Source: Callorhinchus milii (lineage: Eukaryota). From it: 64,000 bases of DNA. The notes under the pieces are model-generated. The model saw only the letters and a program-made list of their open reading frames with translations, had not been told where the DNA came from and searched no databases. Made by a program: the position numbers and the translations under genes. Positions 1-11,953 of this stretch are shown in pieces; position 1 is the first letter of the stretch; each line of letters begins with the position of its first letter. The stretch covers positions 72,294,001-72,358,000 of the forward strand of contig NW_024704743.1 of NCBI RefSeq assembly GCF_018977255.1, in the 5' to 3' direction.

Positions 1-315
1 GTATCTACCCTGAAATTGTTCTTTACGACTCTAAATCTGTTTCCTCTAAGCAACCTAAAGTATTGTTCTGGCTTTACTTTTTTAGTGCTGTGTTAGCATA
101 CAGCATATAAAAGGTAGTTAAACCAAGCAGAATTTGATTACAAATCTTCAGACTGAAATTTCATTTTAAGCTGCTTCCAAACAGACTTTTGGAGCCATCT
201 AGTGAACATTGTAAGTAATGCAGTTACTGAGAGGAATATATTCGAACATCAAGAACTAAACATGTAGTTAATACAGTATAAACCGATTTTGTAAAGTGAC
301 ATTAACTTAATGAAA

Positions 316-452
316 CGCAAAATACTGTAGATGCTGGAAATCTGAAACAAAAACAGAAGTTGCTGGGAGCACTCAGCAGGTCAGGCAGCATCTATGGGAA
401 AAGGAAAGTGGGTCAACGTTTTGGGTCCACGACCCTTCGTCAGAACTGGGTC
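316..452 (-). mobile_element. Miniature Penelope-like element terminal-repeat (pLTR) insertion with hammerhead-like motif
   Basis: Same sequence family as the PLE termini at 6431-6512 and 7642-7746; minus strand reads CTGACGA-A-GGGTC-GTG-GACCC-AAAACGTT; flanked by taacttaatgaaa (303-315) and taacctaatgaaa (453-465). Confidence 0.8.
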
Positions 453-867
453 TAACCTAATGAAAAACTGGTGAACATGCTTTGTTTCTTTACAAACTTA
501 TGATACAACCATGTACATCTTAAAATAATGCATCACTTTCGCCATTGTCACCAATTGTTCCTCGATTCTCTGGCCCTTCTTCCCCCTCTGATTAAATAAA
601 GGTGTATGAAGATATTGCCTTTCAATACTATTATAAAAAGTGTGTACATATGTACTGTACTGATACAGCTTCTGTGATTAGGTGTGAAATTCATTAGAAA
701 TAGATCTTAATTGATTGAATTTAATCACTCAATTACTTACATTTACTATTGTTTTAAATGTGACTCAGAATTTATCTTCCCTCATTTGCTGACTGCATTT
801 TAATTCCCTTTTCCTTCTACTAGAATGTATGGTCACTGGTACTGTTTTTCCCTCTGTCCAGTAACTC

Positions 868-965
868 ATTCAAATAATACCCTAGGATCTGTAATATCCA
901 CCTGACCCTGAGCCACCAAAAGAAAGCAAATAAGACCTTGGTTCAACATTTCATTTGAAAGGCAA
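868..965 (-). mobile_element. Deu-domain SINE fragment
   Basis: ttcaaataataccctaggatctgtaatatccacctga matches the reverse of the core seen in the copies at 36118 and 46886. Confidence 0.55.
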
Positions 966-1042
966 GATCTGACCTAGGAGGCTTTGATGTTTGCATTAGA
1001 TGCCAAAACCTCAAACCCGCTGACATCTCTCAAATATTCAAC

Positions 1043-1245
1043 TTTTTAAAAAAAACATATATATAGGAATGGACAAATTTAAGAGAGATTGGGCATATTT
1101 TTGACTGTTTTAGAGAATAGAGGAAAAGATAGAATATATAGTATAGTATTTCATTTCTGCTCGTGAATGCTCTCGTAATGTTTTGATACATGCTAGCAGT
1201 TTTTCTGATTTTTCTTTTTACAGGCATTTAAATAATTTCCCTTCT
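1043..1245 (+). repeat. ~200 bp direct repeat, copy 1 (copy 2 at 2275-2482)
   Basis: Shared blocks caaatttaagag, atatttttgactgttttaga, tttcatttctg, ctagcagtt, ttttacaggcatttaaataatttcccttct. Confidence 0.85.
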
Positions 1246-1262
1246 ACTGGTGGAAGGCTCCA

Positions 1263-1365
1263 CAGTTATCAGTTGCCCTTTGTTAACCCAACTAGGACGT
1301 GAGTCACCAGGGTGGCGCCTCCCACCTCACATACTAGTTGAGTTAACAAAGTCAACTGATAACTG
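1263..1365. repeat. Inverted repeat / hairpin, ~40 bp arms
   Basis: cagttatcagttgccctttgttaacccaactaggacgtgag (1263-1303) pairs with ctcacatactagttgagttaacaaagtcaactgataactg (1326-1365). Confidence 0.9.
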
Positions 1366-1367
1366 AA

Positions 1368-1558
1368 TATACTGTAAGCTCCTGATGATTTGTCGCTCCA
1401 GGATGTTGTTCAGTGAAAAGGGCTCAGTGACGAATTATCCGGGAGTTGCGAGTTAGGCATATGTATAAATAAATGTGACTGAGATATTAGCAGCATAATG
1501 ACTGAAGTGGTGGTGACAAGTTACGCCAGGGTTGAGTTATCAGAAGTTTACTGTATAT
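1368..1558. mobile_element. Putative Tc1/mariner (Tigger/pogo-like) MITE
   Basis: Degenerate TIRs tata-ctgtaagctcctgatga ... ttatcagaagtttactg-tata with TA on both sides. Confidence 0.4.
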
Positions 1559-2274
1559 AATACATATGTACATATAATATGTATATATATATTGTGTAAT
1601 AAAATAATTGTATCTTACTTTCGAAATTTGTATTCACAAAGTCCAATTGATCCAAAAATCCATGAACCATATCCTCATCCATACCAAACTCTGCATCCAC
1701 ATCACCCTTGCGAAAAGGTCACTTCCTTTACTTCTTCAAAGCTAAGCAGCAATGAATTTCTTCACTGCTGAATAATGCATGTGTCTGGGATTAGTCTGAA
1801 CACCTGGTATCTGTCATTATGCGGTGATGCAGACAGTGGTGGATTTAGAAACTCAATCTGATCATTAATCAGAGCCCTGTATTAGTCTTCATGAAATGAT
1901 GTGGGCAGTGCTGGCGAGGGAATTAAAATGTGCTCTGGATCTACACCTAGGAATCTTTACACTATCTGCATAGCCATTTGGTGCTAGCTGAGTTATTCCC
2001 ACACTTGGCTCCACAAGTTTATCACCCCCATTTCCCAGGAGATTGAGTTCAAAATCCTCGTCCTAACGTTTAAATACCTCCCTGGTCTTGCCCCACCATA
2101 ACTCTGTGACTTTCTTAAGTCAAATGAAATTGTACAACCTGATCGCTCCCTCTGCTCAGCCTGCTTCATATCCCCACCAACGGTGGTCAGAATTCAGCCT
2201 GTTTGCCCCCACTCCCTGGAACAACATCCTGGAGTGAATGACTCATTTCTCCACTCACCTCCTTCAAAATTAGT

Positions 2275-2482
2275 CTTTTAAAAAATATATATAGTATAGG
2301 CAAATTTAAGAGGGGTTTGGGAATATTTTTGACTGTTTTAGATAATGGAGGAAAAAATAGGATATAGTACACGGTATTGAATTTCATTTCTGTTAGTGAA
2401 TGCTCTTTGGAATGGTTTGACACATTCTAGCAGTTATTCAGATTTTGCTTTCTTTTACAGGCATTTAAATAATTTCCCTTCT
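2275..2482 (+). repeat. ~200 bp direct repeat, copy 2
   Basis: Aligns by eye along its length to 1043-1245. Confidence 0.85.
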
Positions 2483-2629
2483 CTATAAATGTAACCTCAA
2501 AATCTTCCTTTTTGACCTCGAATTCAAATAGTTACCACTATTTAAAAAGAGAAGGGAGTTTCTCCCCATGTCCTGGCCAACAATTCCAGATAAAATTCGT
2601 GATTCGCTTCATGGCTGTTTGCGTCCCGT

Positions 2630-2770
2630 GCATTCGGCCATCCTCCTACGTGCACCCTCCATCCTCCCTGATCCCCGCTCGGGTCCTAATCCCTGACTGT
2701 TTAGCTCCTTGGGACGTCCTCCCGACCTGAAAAGAGCTTTACAAATGTAATTTTGTATTGATTGTATTAT
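2630..2770 (+). mobile_element. L2 LINE 3' end
   Basis: cttgggacgtcctcccgacctgaaaagagctttacaaatgtaattttgtattg tail shared with other L2 copies here. Confidence 0.7.
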
Positions 2771-5700
2771 GTCAAGTTTCCACAAGAACAAATTACAGCA
2801 GTATTTCTTCTCAAAATAGGGTGAATTTAAAAACAAACTATGAATGTAATCTTGTTCTGATATTTTTGCTTTCGTTCATTTAATAAATATATTCACCATT
2901 TTACTTTTACTGCACAGGACACTAAATTCCATTATGCTGATTTACAAATAAAAACACATTCTAATTTATTATCAGTTAATTTGCTGGAAATAATAATTGG
3001 TTTTGTGGAATGCCACCGATGTAATTGCTGTGGGGAATGTCCCAGATAGTAAGACAGGCTTTACAGCTTATGAGACTAATGCAGAAAAATGAGTGGAGGC
3101 CACTTGTGTCTGAGGTCTTGAAAACTCAGACACATACACTTGTCACTCAGTTTATAACACAGCCATAGAAATCCTAATAAACTGGAGGAATATACAATGA
3201 CTAATTTATATGGGTTTCATTAAACTTTCATCAGTTAGTCATTTTATCCTATAAATTGCTCATTAAATCTTTTTTACATTACTGATTCCTATCAACACAC
3301 CAAATGACACAATGTGAATAATAATTCCTTCCTTCATTCACTATGAAGTTAATATGCAATTAAAATATGTATATTTATGAAAGGACTCATTTCAATTTGC
3401 GTACATATTGTGTGAGATTGTGCAGCTTGCCCTATTTTAGTTGTATCGCATTCAAAATTTATGAATTTCATAATAAAAATCCCACTTTGCATTGTGTTAT
3501 CACTTTGCTTTACATTATACAAAAGTCTTTGCTGATTCCATATCACATGATTGCTTGGAAAATTGTGTTGCATAGTGTTTTGATTCCATTTTGCTCAATA
3601 TTATGAAGTCAATTATTGTTTTCTTAGTTTGCATTGCAAGTTGTGTTTGATCATAACATTTACCATGCTGATTCTGAAGGATAGTGAAATAAAATACTAT
3701 TTAAATACAAAGTTGAAAGTACTGAAACTGGTTGTATTCTGTTACAGAAAGTCTGAACGTAACACTCATTCCTGGATATGGTTCCAGAAATGCCATCAAC
3801 CCTCAATATCTCGTTTATGGTGGTGATTTTTCATGCATGAGCTTTAGCAGTGACTATTGGCATTCTTTTTAGTTTCAAGCAATGATATAATATAAACCAT
3901 TTTCATTGTTTTCATTAATAAAACTAATGTTATCTTGACATTGAGGAATAATGGTCAAAATATTTTATACTGGATGATCCTTCTCAACACAAAGGAGTCA
4001 TTTACTTATCTTCAAGGTGATTTTCTGTACTGCTCGCGACCTACCAATGTAGATCGCTACATTGCAACAGGAACAGGAGGAGACCATTCACTCATTGAGC
4101 TTTTCCATTACTGTATTTTATTACATCAGGCCATATGGGATTTTGATCGGGTAATTTGGGAGACTCTATTTCCACTACTTGGGGAGTCAGTGCCGAGAAC
4201 CCAAAGCTATGAGAGTCACAAGAAAAGTCAAAGGAGATCTTAGGGGACATTTTTTATTCAGAAAGTTGTTGGAATGTGCAATGCCCTGCCAAGTAAGGTT
4301 TTCTTAAAGATTCTTTGAAAACTGCTAAGAAAGAGGCTGCAAAATTATGATTTGCAAATACAACACTGATGATGAGTAATAGAATGAATATATAAGACCT
4401 TTTGCAGCTGATGGTTGAAGATTTGAGTGATGTACACCATGTATTTAGAGGCTCATACGTTCCTTAATAAGCAACTATATTAAGCATGGTGATGAGTTTC
4501 CCCATAAGTGTGAACCCCGGCTGATCAAAAGAAATGGGTTTCTTTACAAACTTATCACCATGTTCAACAACTACTGGAAGTATGTGTATGCTTGAATAGT
4601 GACTAACATTTCATGTACTGCTGTGGAAGTGGGAACAAACCAAGTTGTGTTTGATTTCGGAAACAAAGCCTTTTGTCAGATAGTGTAGGGAAAGTCACAA
4701 GGTACAACTGGAAGTAATCACTTTAAAAGAAAAACTGTTTCATGATTTCAATTTTTTTAAGCTGTTCAGTTGAATGTGGAGGCTGAACATGTTGAAGGAA
4801 ATAAATGGCATTTACTAAACATTTCCTCTAGAGGTCACCATTAGTGCAAATTACAGTACTGACGCAAAACTGAGCTTCAACTGTTAACTAAAGCAAGATT
4901 TCTGTTTATCTTTTCCCTCCTAAGGTTTTTGCAATGTATATCTGGAAATGGATTATAGGGCTGGGGGTAGTGTAATTTAGGGTCACTGGATTATAAAACA
5001 GAAGAATAACGCGAGTCTACTCCTCACCTTTTTCCAGAAGTTACCTCCCTTCTGGTCAAAATTCCCCTGCACTGAATTACAAGCCACAGCAACTCAGCCT
5101 GCCTGGATCTCCACCCCACACAGTTACTCCTGCAGCTCCACTTAATTCAGGACAGTGTTACAATTATACACAGTCCCTGCCACCTGGCTGACAATACATT
5201 ATTTTCCTGGTAATGATTGTGGTGGACATACTTTACACAACGACTGCGGTTTAATAGCCTTCTTTGGTCAGAACTCCTTCAATGTCTCCTGGCTTGTTTC
5301 TGGAGTAAAAGTCCAAGGGAAGAGTAAATAAATATCTACCATGTCTCCATGTTATTTATTTGAATTTTTTATGAAGATGGATTTTGAGATAGATTTCCTC
5401 TGTTTTTTCCCTTTGCATGACTTACTGCCTATATTTCTCCCATAACCAACAGGATGTGCTGTACCACCCAAACATGCCTCTCTGATTTACCCATCCTTTA
5501 ACTGAGAGATGCTGCAACCTTCACTCCTTTTGGACAAGTGTTAGATCAGGACCTCCATCACATTGGGCATAATACCAAGCAGCAACTTTTCCAAGTCACT
5601 TCTGTAAACTCTCCACAACTGAGGCACTTTCTTTTAAGGGGTTATCTTTCTTACTTTAAATCATCGAAATATTTGTGATTATTTCCAAATACTTACATTT

Positions 5701-6002
5701 GATATAACACATTTGATGTTGGGAGGACGTCTCAAAGGGCTTCACAGGATTTACTGTGAAGTGTAGAGGATTTGAGAAGATTTAAGGGGATACAAATTGA
5801 AGGCCCGATATTGAAATTCTAACAATTCAATTTTAATAATAAAAACTATCACAAGCACATGCAGAAATGTGTGTTCTCTTCCAGCTGCTTAATCACACTC
5901 AGCTTCACACATATGCTACAAAACTAATTATGGTTGTCATTAGCTCCTGCACGGAGTTTTTTCAAATAGTCCTCTCTGATCGGGAGACCTAGCTCCTAGA
6001 GC

Positions 6003-6268
6003 AATAATAATCCTTGCATTTTTCTATTGCGACTTACACATCAGAGGATATCCCAAAGTGCTTCACAAGATTTACTGTAGAGTGGAGTGATTGTGTATTT
6101 GTAGGCAAATGTGGCAGCCCAATTGTGCACAGCAATGCCCCACAAACAGCCATGAATTATTCATGGAATTGCTGGCCAGGACACCAGAGGAACTCCATTC
6201 TCCCTCCCTTCTCTCCAACAATGCAACACACGTCCAGCACTGCATTGGAGTGTCAGATTAGCCCAGTG
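6003..6268 (-). mobile_element. Deu-domain SINE with L2-type tail
   Basis: aataataatccttgcattt tail, ggcagcccaattgtgcacagcaatgccccacaaacagc core, cagcactgcattggagtgtcag. Confidence 0.75.
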
Positions 6269-6539
6269 CCAGAAAACTAAAGCCCATGGGCCGGTTCCAG
6301 TGGGACCATCAAGAGGCGATCTAGATAAGTCCGTGTTTGATTGGTATTGTGTTTCCAGGTTTTTCTTGATTGAATACTGTTGATTTATGGTGTAAGTCAA
6401 GAAATATTCAATCAAGAACATTTAAGTATAAACAAAATGCAAAATACTGCAGATGCTGGAAATCTGAAACAAAAGAAGTCGCTGGGAACACTCAGCAGGT
6501 CAGGGAGCATCTAAAAGCAATTTACGTGTTCTACCACCA

Positions 6540-7108
6540 CTACCAACAACAACAACAAGATTCCATTTATAGAGCGCCTTTCACATTGGGAGGACGTCCC
6601 AAAGCGCTGGACAGTTGGGTCAGGACCCGAGCAGGGGGGAAATGGTCAGGGTGAGGGGAGGGAAGGGAGGGAGCGAGGAGGGGGAAATGGTCAGGGTGAG
6701 GGGAGGGAAGGGAGGGAGCGAGGAGGGGGGAAATGGTCAGGGTGAGGGGAGGGAAGGGAGGGGGTGAGGAGGGGGGAAATGGTCAGGGTGAAGGGGGGGA
6801 AGGGAGGGGGTGAGGAGGGGGTATAGAGTTGAGAGGGGAGCTGAAGGCACAGTCAAAGAGAAAGGTCTTGAGACTGGCCTTGAAGGAGGAAAGGAAGGAG
6901 GCGGCGAAGGCACTGGGGGATAGAGTTCCAGAGCCTCGGGGCTGAGAGGCTGAAGGCCCGACCACCGATGGTAGGGCGGTTGGGGCGGGAGATGTGGAGC
7001 AGACCGGAGCTGGAGGAACGGAGGGTTCGGGCAGGTAGATAGGGGGATAGTAGGTCGGAGAGGTAGGAGGGAGCAAGGCCATGAATGGCCTTGTAGGTGA
7101 GGATGAGG
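6540..7108 (-). mobile_element. L2 LINE 3' end nested in the Penelope element
   Basis: (caa)n tail and agagcgcctttcacattgggaggacgtcccaaagcgct terminus; near-identical to 58800-59165; removing it rejoins QFTCSTT-N-VVYC. Confidence 0.9.
6635..6820. repeat. G-rich ~46 bp minisatellite x4 in L2 3' region
   Basis: aaatggtcagggtga recurs at 6640, 6685, 6731, 6777. Confidence 0.9.
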
Positions 7109-7110
7109 AT

Positions 7111-7407
7111 GTAGTTTACTGCATTTGCTGCTCACGATGTGGTCTCCTCTACATTGGGGATACAAACCGCAAATTGGGTAACTGATTTGCCAAACACCTC
7201 CATTCTGTCTGCAAGCACAACCCTGAGCTTCCGGTTTCTTGCCACTTCAACTCTCCCTCCCACTCGCACTCTGACCTCTCCATCCATGGTCTCCTACGCT
7301 GTTCCAATGAGTCACAGCGTACGCTCGAGGAACAGCACCTCATTTATCTGCAAGGGACCTTACAGCCCTCTGGCCTCAATATTGATTTCAATAATTTCAG
7401 ACCATAA
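7111..7407 (+). pseudogene. Penelope GIY-YIG endonuclease domain remnant
   Basis: Manual translation VVYCICCSRCGLLYIGDTNRKLGN*FAKHLHSVCKHNPELPVSCHFNSPSHSHSDLSIHGLLRCSNESQRTLEEQHLIYLQGTLQPSGLNIDFNNFRP*; one in-frame stop. Confidence 0.9.
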
Positions 7408-8067
7408 CAGCTCACCTTCCCCCTCCCCCTTTCTGTGAACATTACCACATCATCTGGGTCCCAGACACACCTTTTCTCTCTCTGGTCTGCCTATTTTGTT
7501 GCAATTTTCCCCCTTTTGTTTTGCATCATTAACACCTCTTTAACCCATCATCCCCTGTCCTCTACCCCATTTTCTCCTTTGTCTTCCTTGCTCTGCCTCC
7601 CCCCTCTGTTAGCCCTTAAAAGCCTCTCCCTCCCAACGTGCCCCAGTTCTGACGAAGGACCGTGGACCCAAAACGTTGACTCACTTTTTTTTCTCCATAG
7701 ATGCTGCCTGACCCGTTGAGTGTTCCCAGCGACTTCTGTCGCTGTTAAATAAAGAACATTTAAGTGTTGGCCAACCAAAAATATTTGGCCACCACTGGCT
7801 TAGACTATGTAAGTTCACGTCCTGACATGGGGCTTGAAGACACAGCCTCTGACTCAGGCAAGAGTGCTTCCAACTGAGAAAAGCTATCAGCTTGGAAGGG
7901 GCAAATCCACATGATTTACTGTAAAGTGTAGTGTCTATATATCTTGTGGACAAAACATGGCATCTAATTTCTGCGCAGCAAAGTCCCTTAAACTGCCATA
8001 AAATGATTTTTTTTTAGGAATTATTGGACCCGGGAGAAACTCCCTCTTCTTTTTGAAACCTTGGCTT

Positions 8068-8492
8068 ACAATACAATACAAAATTACATTTGTATAGAGC
8101 CTTTCACATCAGGAGGACGTCCCAAAGAGCTGGAAGGTCAGAGACTTACGCCCAAGCAAAGGGTGGTGGGTGGGATCAGGAGGGTGGAGGGTAGGGGTAA
8201 GAGGGTGGCCGAAGGCTCGGTCAAAGAGGAGGCTCTTGAGTTGTGCCTTGAAGGAGGCAAGGGAGGGAGCGAGGCAAAGAGAATATGGGATGGAATTCCA
8301 AAGGGTGGGGGCAGAGAGGCAAAAGGCCCGACCGCTAATGGTGGGGCGGGCTGAGTGGAGGATTTGGAGCAGGCTAGAGTCTGAGCGGAGCGGACAGGTT
8401 GATAAGCAGTTAGCAGGTTACAGAGGAAGGAAGGGGCAAGGCTGTGGAGAGCCGTGAAGGTTAGGATGAGGATTTTGAACTCTATCCTTTTA
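8068..8492 (-). mobile_element. L2 LINE 3' end
   Basis: (tacaa)n tail, cctttcacatcaggaggacgtcccaaagagct terminus, purine-rich body. Confidence 0.8.
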
Positions 8493-9084
8493 AAGTCTCA
8501 TCCAAAGGACAGCACTTCCAACAATGCTCTGGTCTCCCACATCATTTAGTTGGGGGATATTTTGGCTTCTCAGATGCTCACAAAGTTGCTCTATGATTAG
8601 TAAACAGTTCTGCTCCTATGAGAATAACAGTAATGTAAGTTTCTTGCAGTACGTTCTCTCCTCCCCCATGAAAACTCTGCTGTTGGGAAGTGCTTCAGAC
8701 ATCAACTAAAATTGTAGCCAAGAGGAATGAAGTTTAAATGGCAGAATGATGCAAGCCCACATTGACTTGAGTGGGAGTCTAGGGCTCAACCAGTCTAGGG
8801 CTGTCTGTATACAAAGATCGGAAATTGGCAGCCTTATTGAAATTGAGTAAGAAGCATAGGGAATTGAAGACAGTGAGTCAAAATGTCTCGGAAATCATTC
8901 CTCATGGTACTGAATAACGCAATGAAGAAGCAATCAAGTTTATGATGTATAATTCTCAGTCCAAGAAGAGGCAATTTTTCAAAAAACACCATAGCAGTAA
9001 AATATCTTATTTTACAATTTAATATTTTTTATTTTGCCTGAATGGTTAAGTGAACAGACTCGAGTGGGCACGGAGGGGAGGATC

Positions 9085-9452
9085 GCCTCTTAAATGGAGT
9101 AACCTCGATGTCTTTAAGTCAGAAGGTCAAAACCCACATTGGGACTTTCAGCTCAGCACTGGAAAAGCGCTGCATTGCCAGAGAAGCTGCCATTCAAATG
9201 TGACATTAAACTGTGATCTTATCTGATGTTTTGGCAGATGTTAAAGACCCCATGGCACTATTTGAAAAAAGATGTTTCTTTTGGTGTCCTGCCCAACAGT
9301 CCCCCAAATTTATAAAAAATTGGATCATTCATTTCATGGCTTTTTGTGGGATGTTGCTATGTGCAAATTGGCACAGTCACTAGACTTTATACGTAATCCT
9401 GCGAAGCTTCGATTTGATAAAGGGTAATATCAAATGCAGGGATTATTATTTT
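9085..9452 (+). mobile_element. Deu-domain SINE (old)
   Basis: gatgttaaagaccccatggcactatttgaa core, tttgtgggatgttgctatgtgcaaattggc, atcaaatgcagggattattatt tail. Confidence 0.7.
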
Positions 9453-10474
9453 TTAATGGAAAAATCTGATTTGAGCTCATAGCTCTAAGGACATTAAATG
9501 CATTTACCTTCAAAGATTATGACAAGTATAACCACCAAGGTGAAAATTTAGGGAAAGAGGAGAATTATTCCTTATTCAGAGTAAGATTGAAGTAATAATA
9601 ATCCTAATTACAATCCATGCATTTCCTGTAGTATCTTTCATGTAAAAAGGTTACCTCAAAGCGTTTCACAGGATTTTACTGTAAAGTGTAGTGACTGTGT
9701 ATTTTGTAGGCAAACGTATAGAAATGGGATTGTTTGACTAAAACCCGTGTTTGCCTTGTGGACGTATACTGTGCATATCATCTTCACTTGAAAAGAATGT
9801 ACAAGCAAATCTTTCAAAATGTTGTAGAGATCAATAAACTGTTGAGAATTACAATGTCGCCACTTCATTCTGCGATTTGTTTTTTTTATCCTGACATAAT
9901 GCTCCCATTTCCTTCCCACCCTAATGCTATTTTACAGAATGTGTTGTGCCAGATTTATTTTTGACTCTTCAGATGAAGGTTGTCTCCCTTATGACATAAA
10001 ATCATGAAATAATGCTGCTTGTGGTTTGGACAAATTTATTGGAGAGCAAGATCAAAGGAGCCCTATCAAAATGGCATCCTTCTTAAAAAGGCATGTCAAA
10101 TCTGAATGGTTTTATCATCTGTAAAAGATTCAATGCACTGCATCGCTGAGAAGCAACACATGGCTTCCAACCTGTGATGAAAGTGACTCCCTGATCTCAG
10201 CTCAGCCTCCTGGGGAGGCCCTGAGCTGTGGTGAGGCACTTCTACTAGGGGCTGATGGAAAGGTAATTTGAGGGTTACTGGCAGAAGTTGGGAAAATATG
10301 TGAAATGTAATTTCTTACAATAAAGATAACAATGGTTCAGGCTATGCTCTGATGCCCTCAACAATTAAAGAATCTACTGATTTCAGTGCCTTGCGACGTC
10401 CTCCTGATGTGAAAGTCACTTTACAAATGTAATTTGTTGTTGTTAATGCTTACTGTCTAGGCCAATGATGATAA

Positions 10475-11415
10475 ACAACAACAACAACAAAATTACATTC
10501 AAAGAGCGCCTTTCACGTCGGGAGGATGTCCCAAGGCGCTGGACAGTCAGGGTACAAGACCAGAGCATGGGGGAGGGAAGGGGTAGGGGTGAGGAAATGA
10601 AGAGAGGTGGGAGGGTGACCAAAAGCACGATCGAAGAGGAGGGTCTTGAGACTGGCCTGAAGGAGGCAAGAGAAGAAACGAGGTGAAGGGACTGTGGGAT
10701 GGAGTTCCAGAGTGTAGGGGCAGAAAGGTTGAAAGCCCGGCCAACGATGGAAGGGTGGGTCAGGCAGGACACATGGAGCAGCTGGAGCCTGCTGAATGGA
10801 GGGAGCGGGCAGGTTGGTAGGGAGTCAGCAGGTCAGAGAGGTAGGAGAGGGCAAGGCCAAGGATGGCCTTGAAAGTGAGGACGAGGATCTTGAATTCGAT
10901 CCTCTGAGGGATGGGGAGCCAGTGGAGTTGGGTGAGGGTGGAAGTGATGGGGTCACGGAGCCTGGTGCGCGAGAGTACACGAGCTGCAGAGTTTTGGATG
11001 CAGCTTGTGAAGGGAAGAATTTCTGCACTTGTGAAGGGAAGAGTTGGGAAGGCCGATAAGGAGGAAGTTTCCATAATTCAGCCTTGATGTGACAAATGGT
11101 GGGTGAGGGTTTTGGCAGCCTGAGGGTAAGGCAGTGGCGGAGTCTGGCAATGTTGCAGTGGTGGTGGTAGGCAGTGCCGGTCATGGCGCGGATGTGGGGA
11201 AGAAAAGACAGTTCAGGGTCAAACAAGACACCCAGGTTCCTGACTGGCTTAGTGAGGTTGAGTGTGCAGCCGTGGAGGCTGATGCTGCCAGTGCCCAAGG
11301 TGCGGAGGCGCTGGTGCGAGCCAATCAGGAGGGCCTCGGTCTTGCTGACGTTCAGCTGGAGAAAGTTATCCCTTGTCCAGGACTTGATGTCGGACAGGCA
11401 GTCGGTCAGGACTCC
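10475..11415 (-). mobile_element. L2 LINE, 3' ~0.9 kb (RT C-terminal region)
   Basis: ORF-track peptides [58 protein letters not shown]; (caa)n tail. Confidence 0.92.
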
Positions 11416-11953
11416 AATAGTTCAGCATCAGCCTCCAGCTTTTTGAGCTTAGATACCGTCATAAGACCTCACAGACCTCACATTCCTCAAAGTGAAATTC
11501 ATTAACCCTAATGGCAGTGAAAAGGGGAGAAAAATCAAAGGAAAACAAGTACTTGTTTACATTTTTTTTGAAGATCATCTTTAAAATTGAATTACTCACT
11601 AAATAACCTGCTAGTTAAGTTGAAGGTACTTGTTTTTTTTAAAAAATGCTCTGTATCTGTCAACTGGCTTTGTCTTTTTACTGGCTATATGTGTGCTAAT
11701 GCAATGTCTTTTGTTTCGTGGTTTGAACCTACTTGTGTCTCTTGCCCTATAAAGGGGCATCTCCAGATCACCATCTTTGTTCTGATGAAATGTCATGCCT
11801 AAAATGCTAACCTAATAAACCAGAAAGATGTGGAAACTTTTTTCACACTGTGGGTTTGCTGAAATGTGGAGCATTTTAATGTGGAATACTGCCTCAGACT
11901 GCTGAAAAGGCAGAATCAATTTGAATATGTAAAAGGGAGATAGAAAGATAACA

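Larger units (their letters stand above)
6428..7751 (+). mobile_element. 5'-truncated Penelope-like element (inverted partial pLTR at 5' end, GIY-YIG C-terminus, 3' pLTR), interrupted by L2
   Basis: 6431-6512 is an inverted copy of the terminus at 7642-7746; GIY-YIG coding remnant inside; exact 14 bp flanking duplication aagaacatttaagt at 6414-6427 and 7752-7765. Confidence 0.9.

Noticed and set aside
6635..6820. CRISPR-like array
   Set aside because: Head-to-tail units with no unique spacers, inside an L2 3' region, no cas genes, eukaryotic context.
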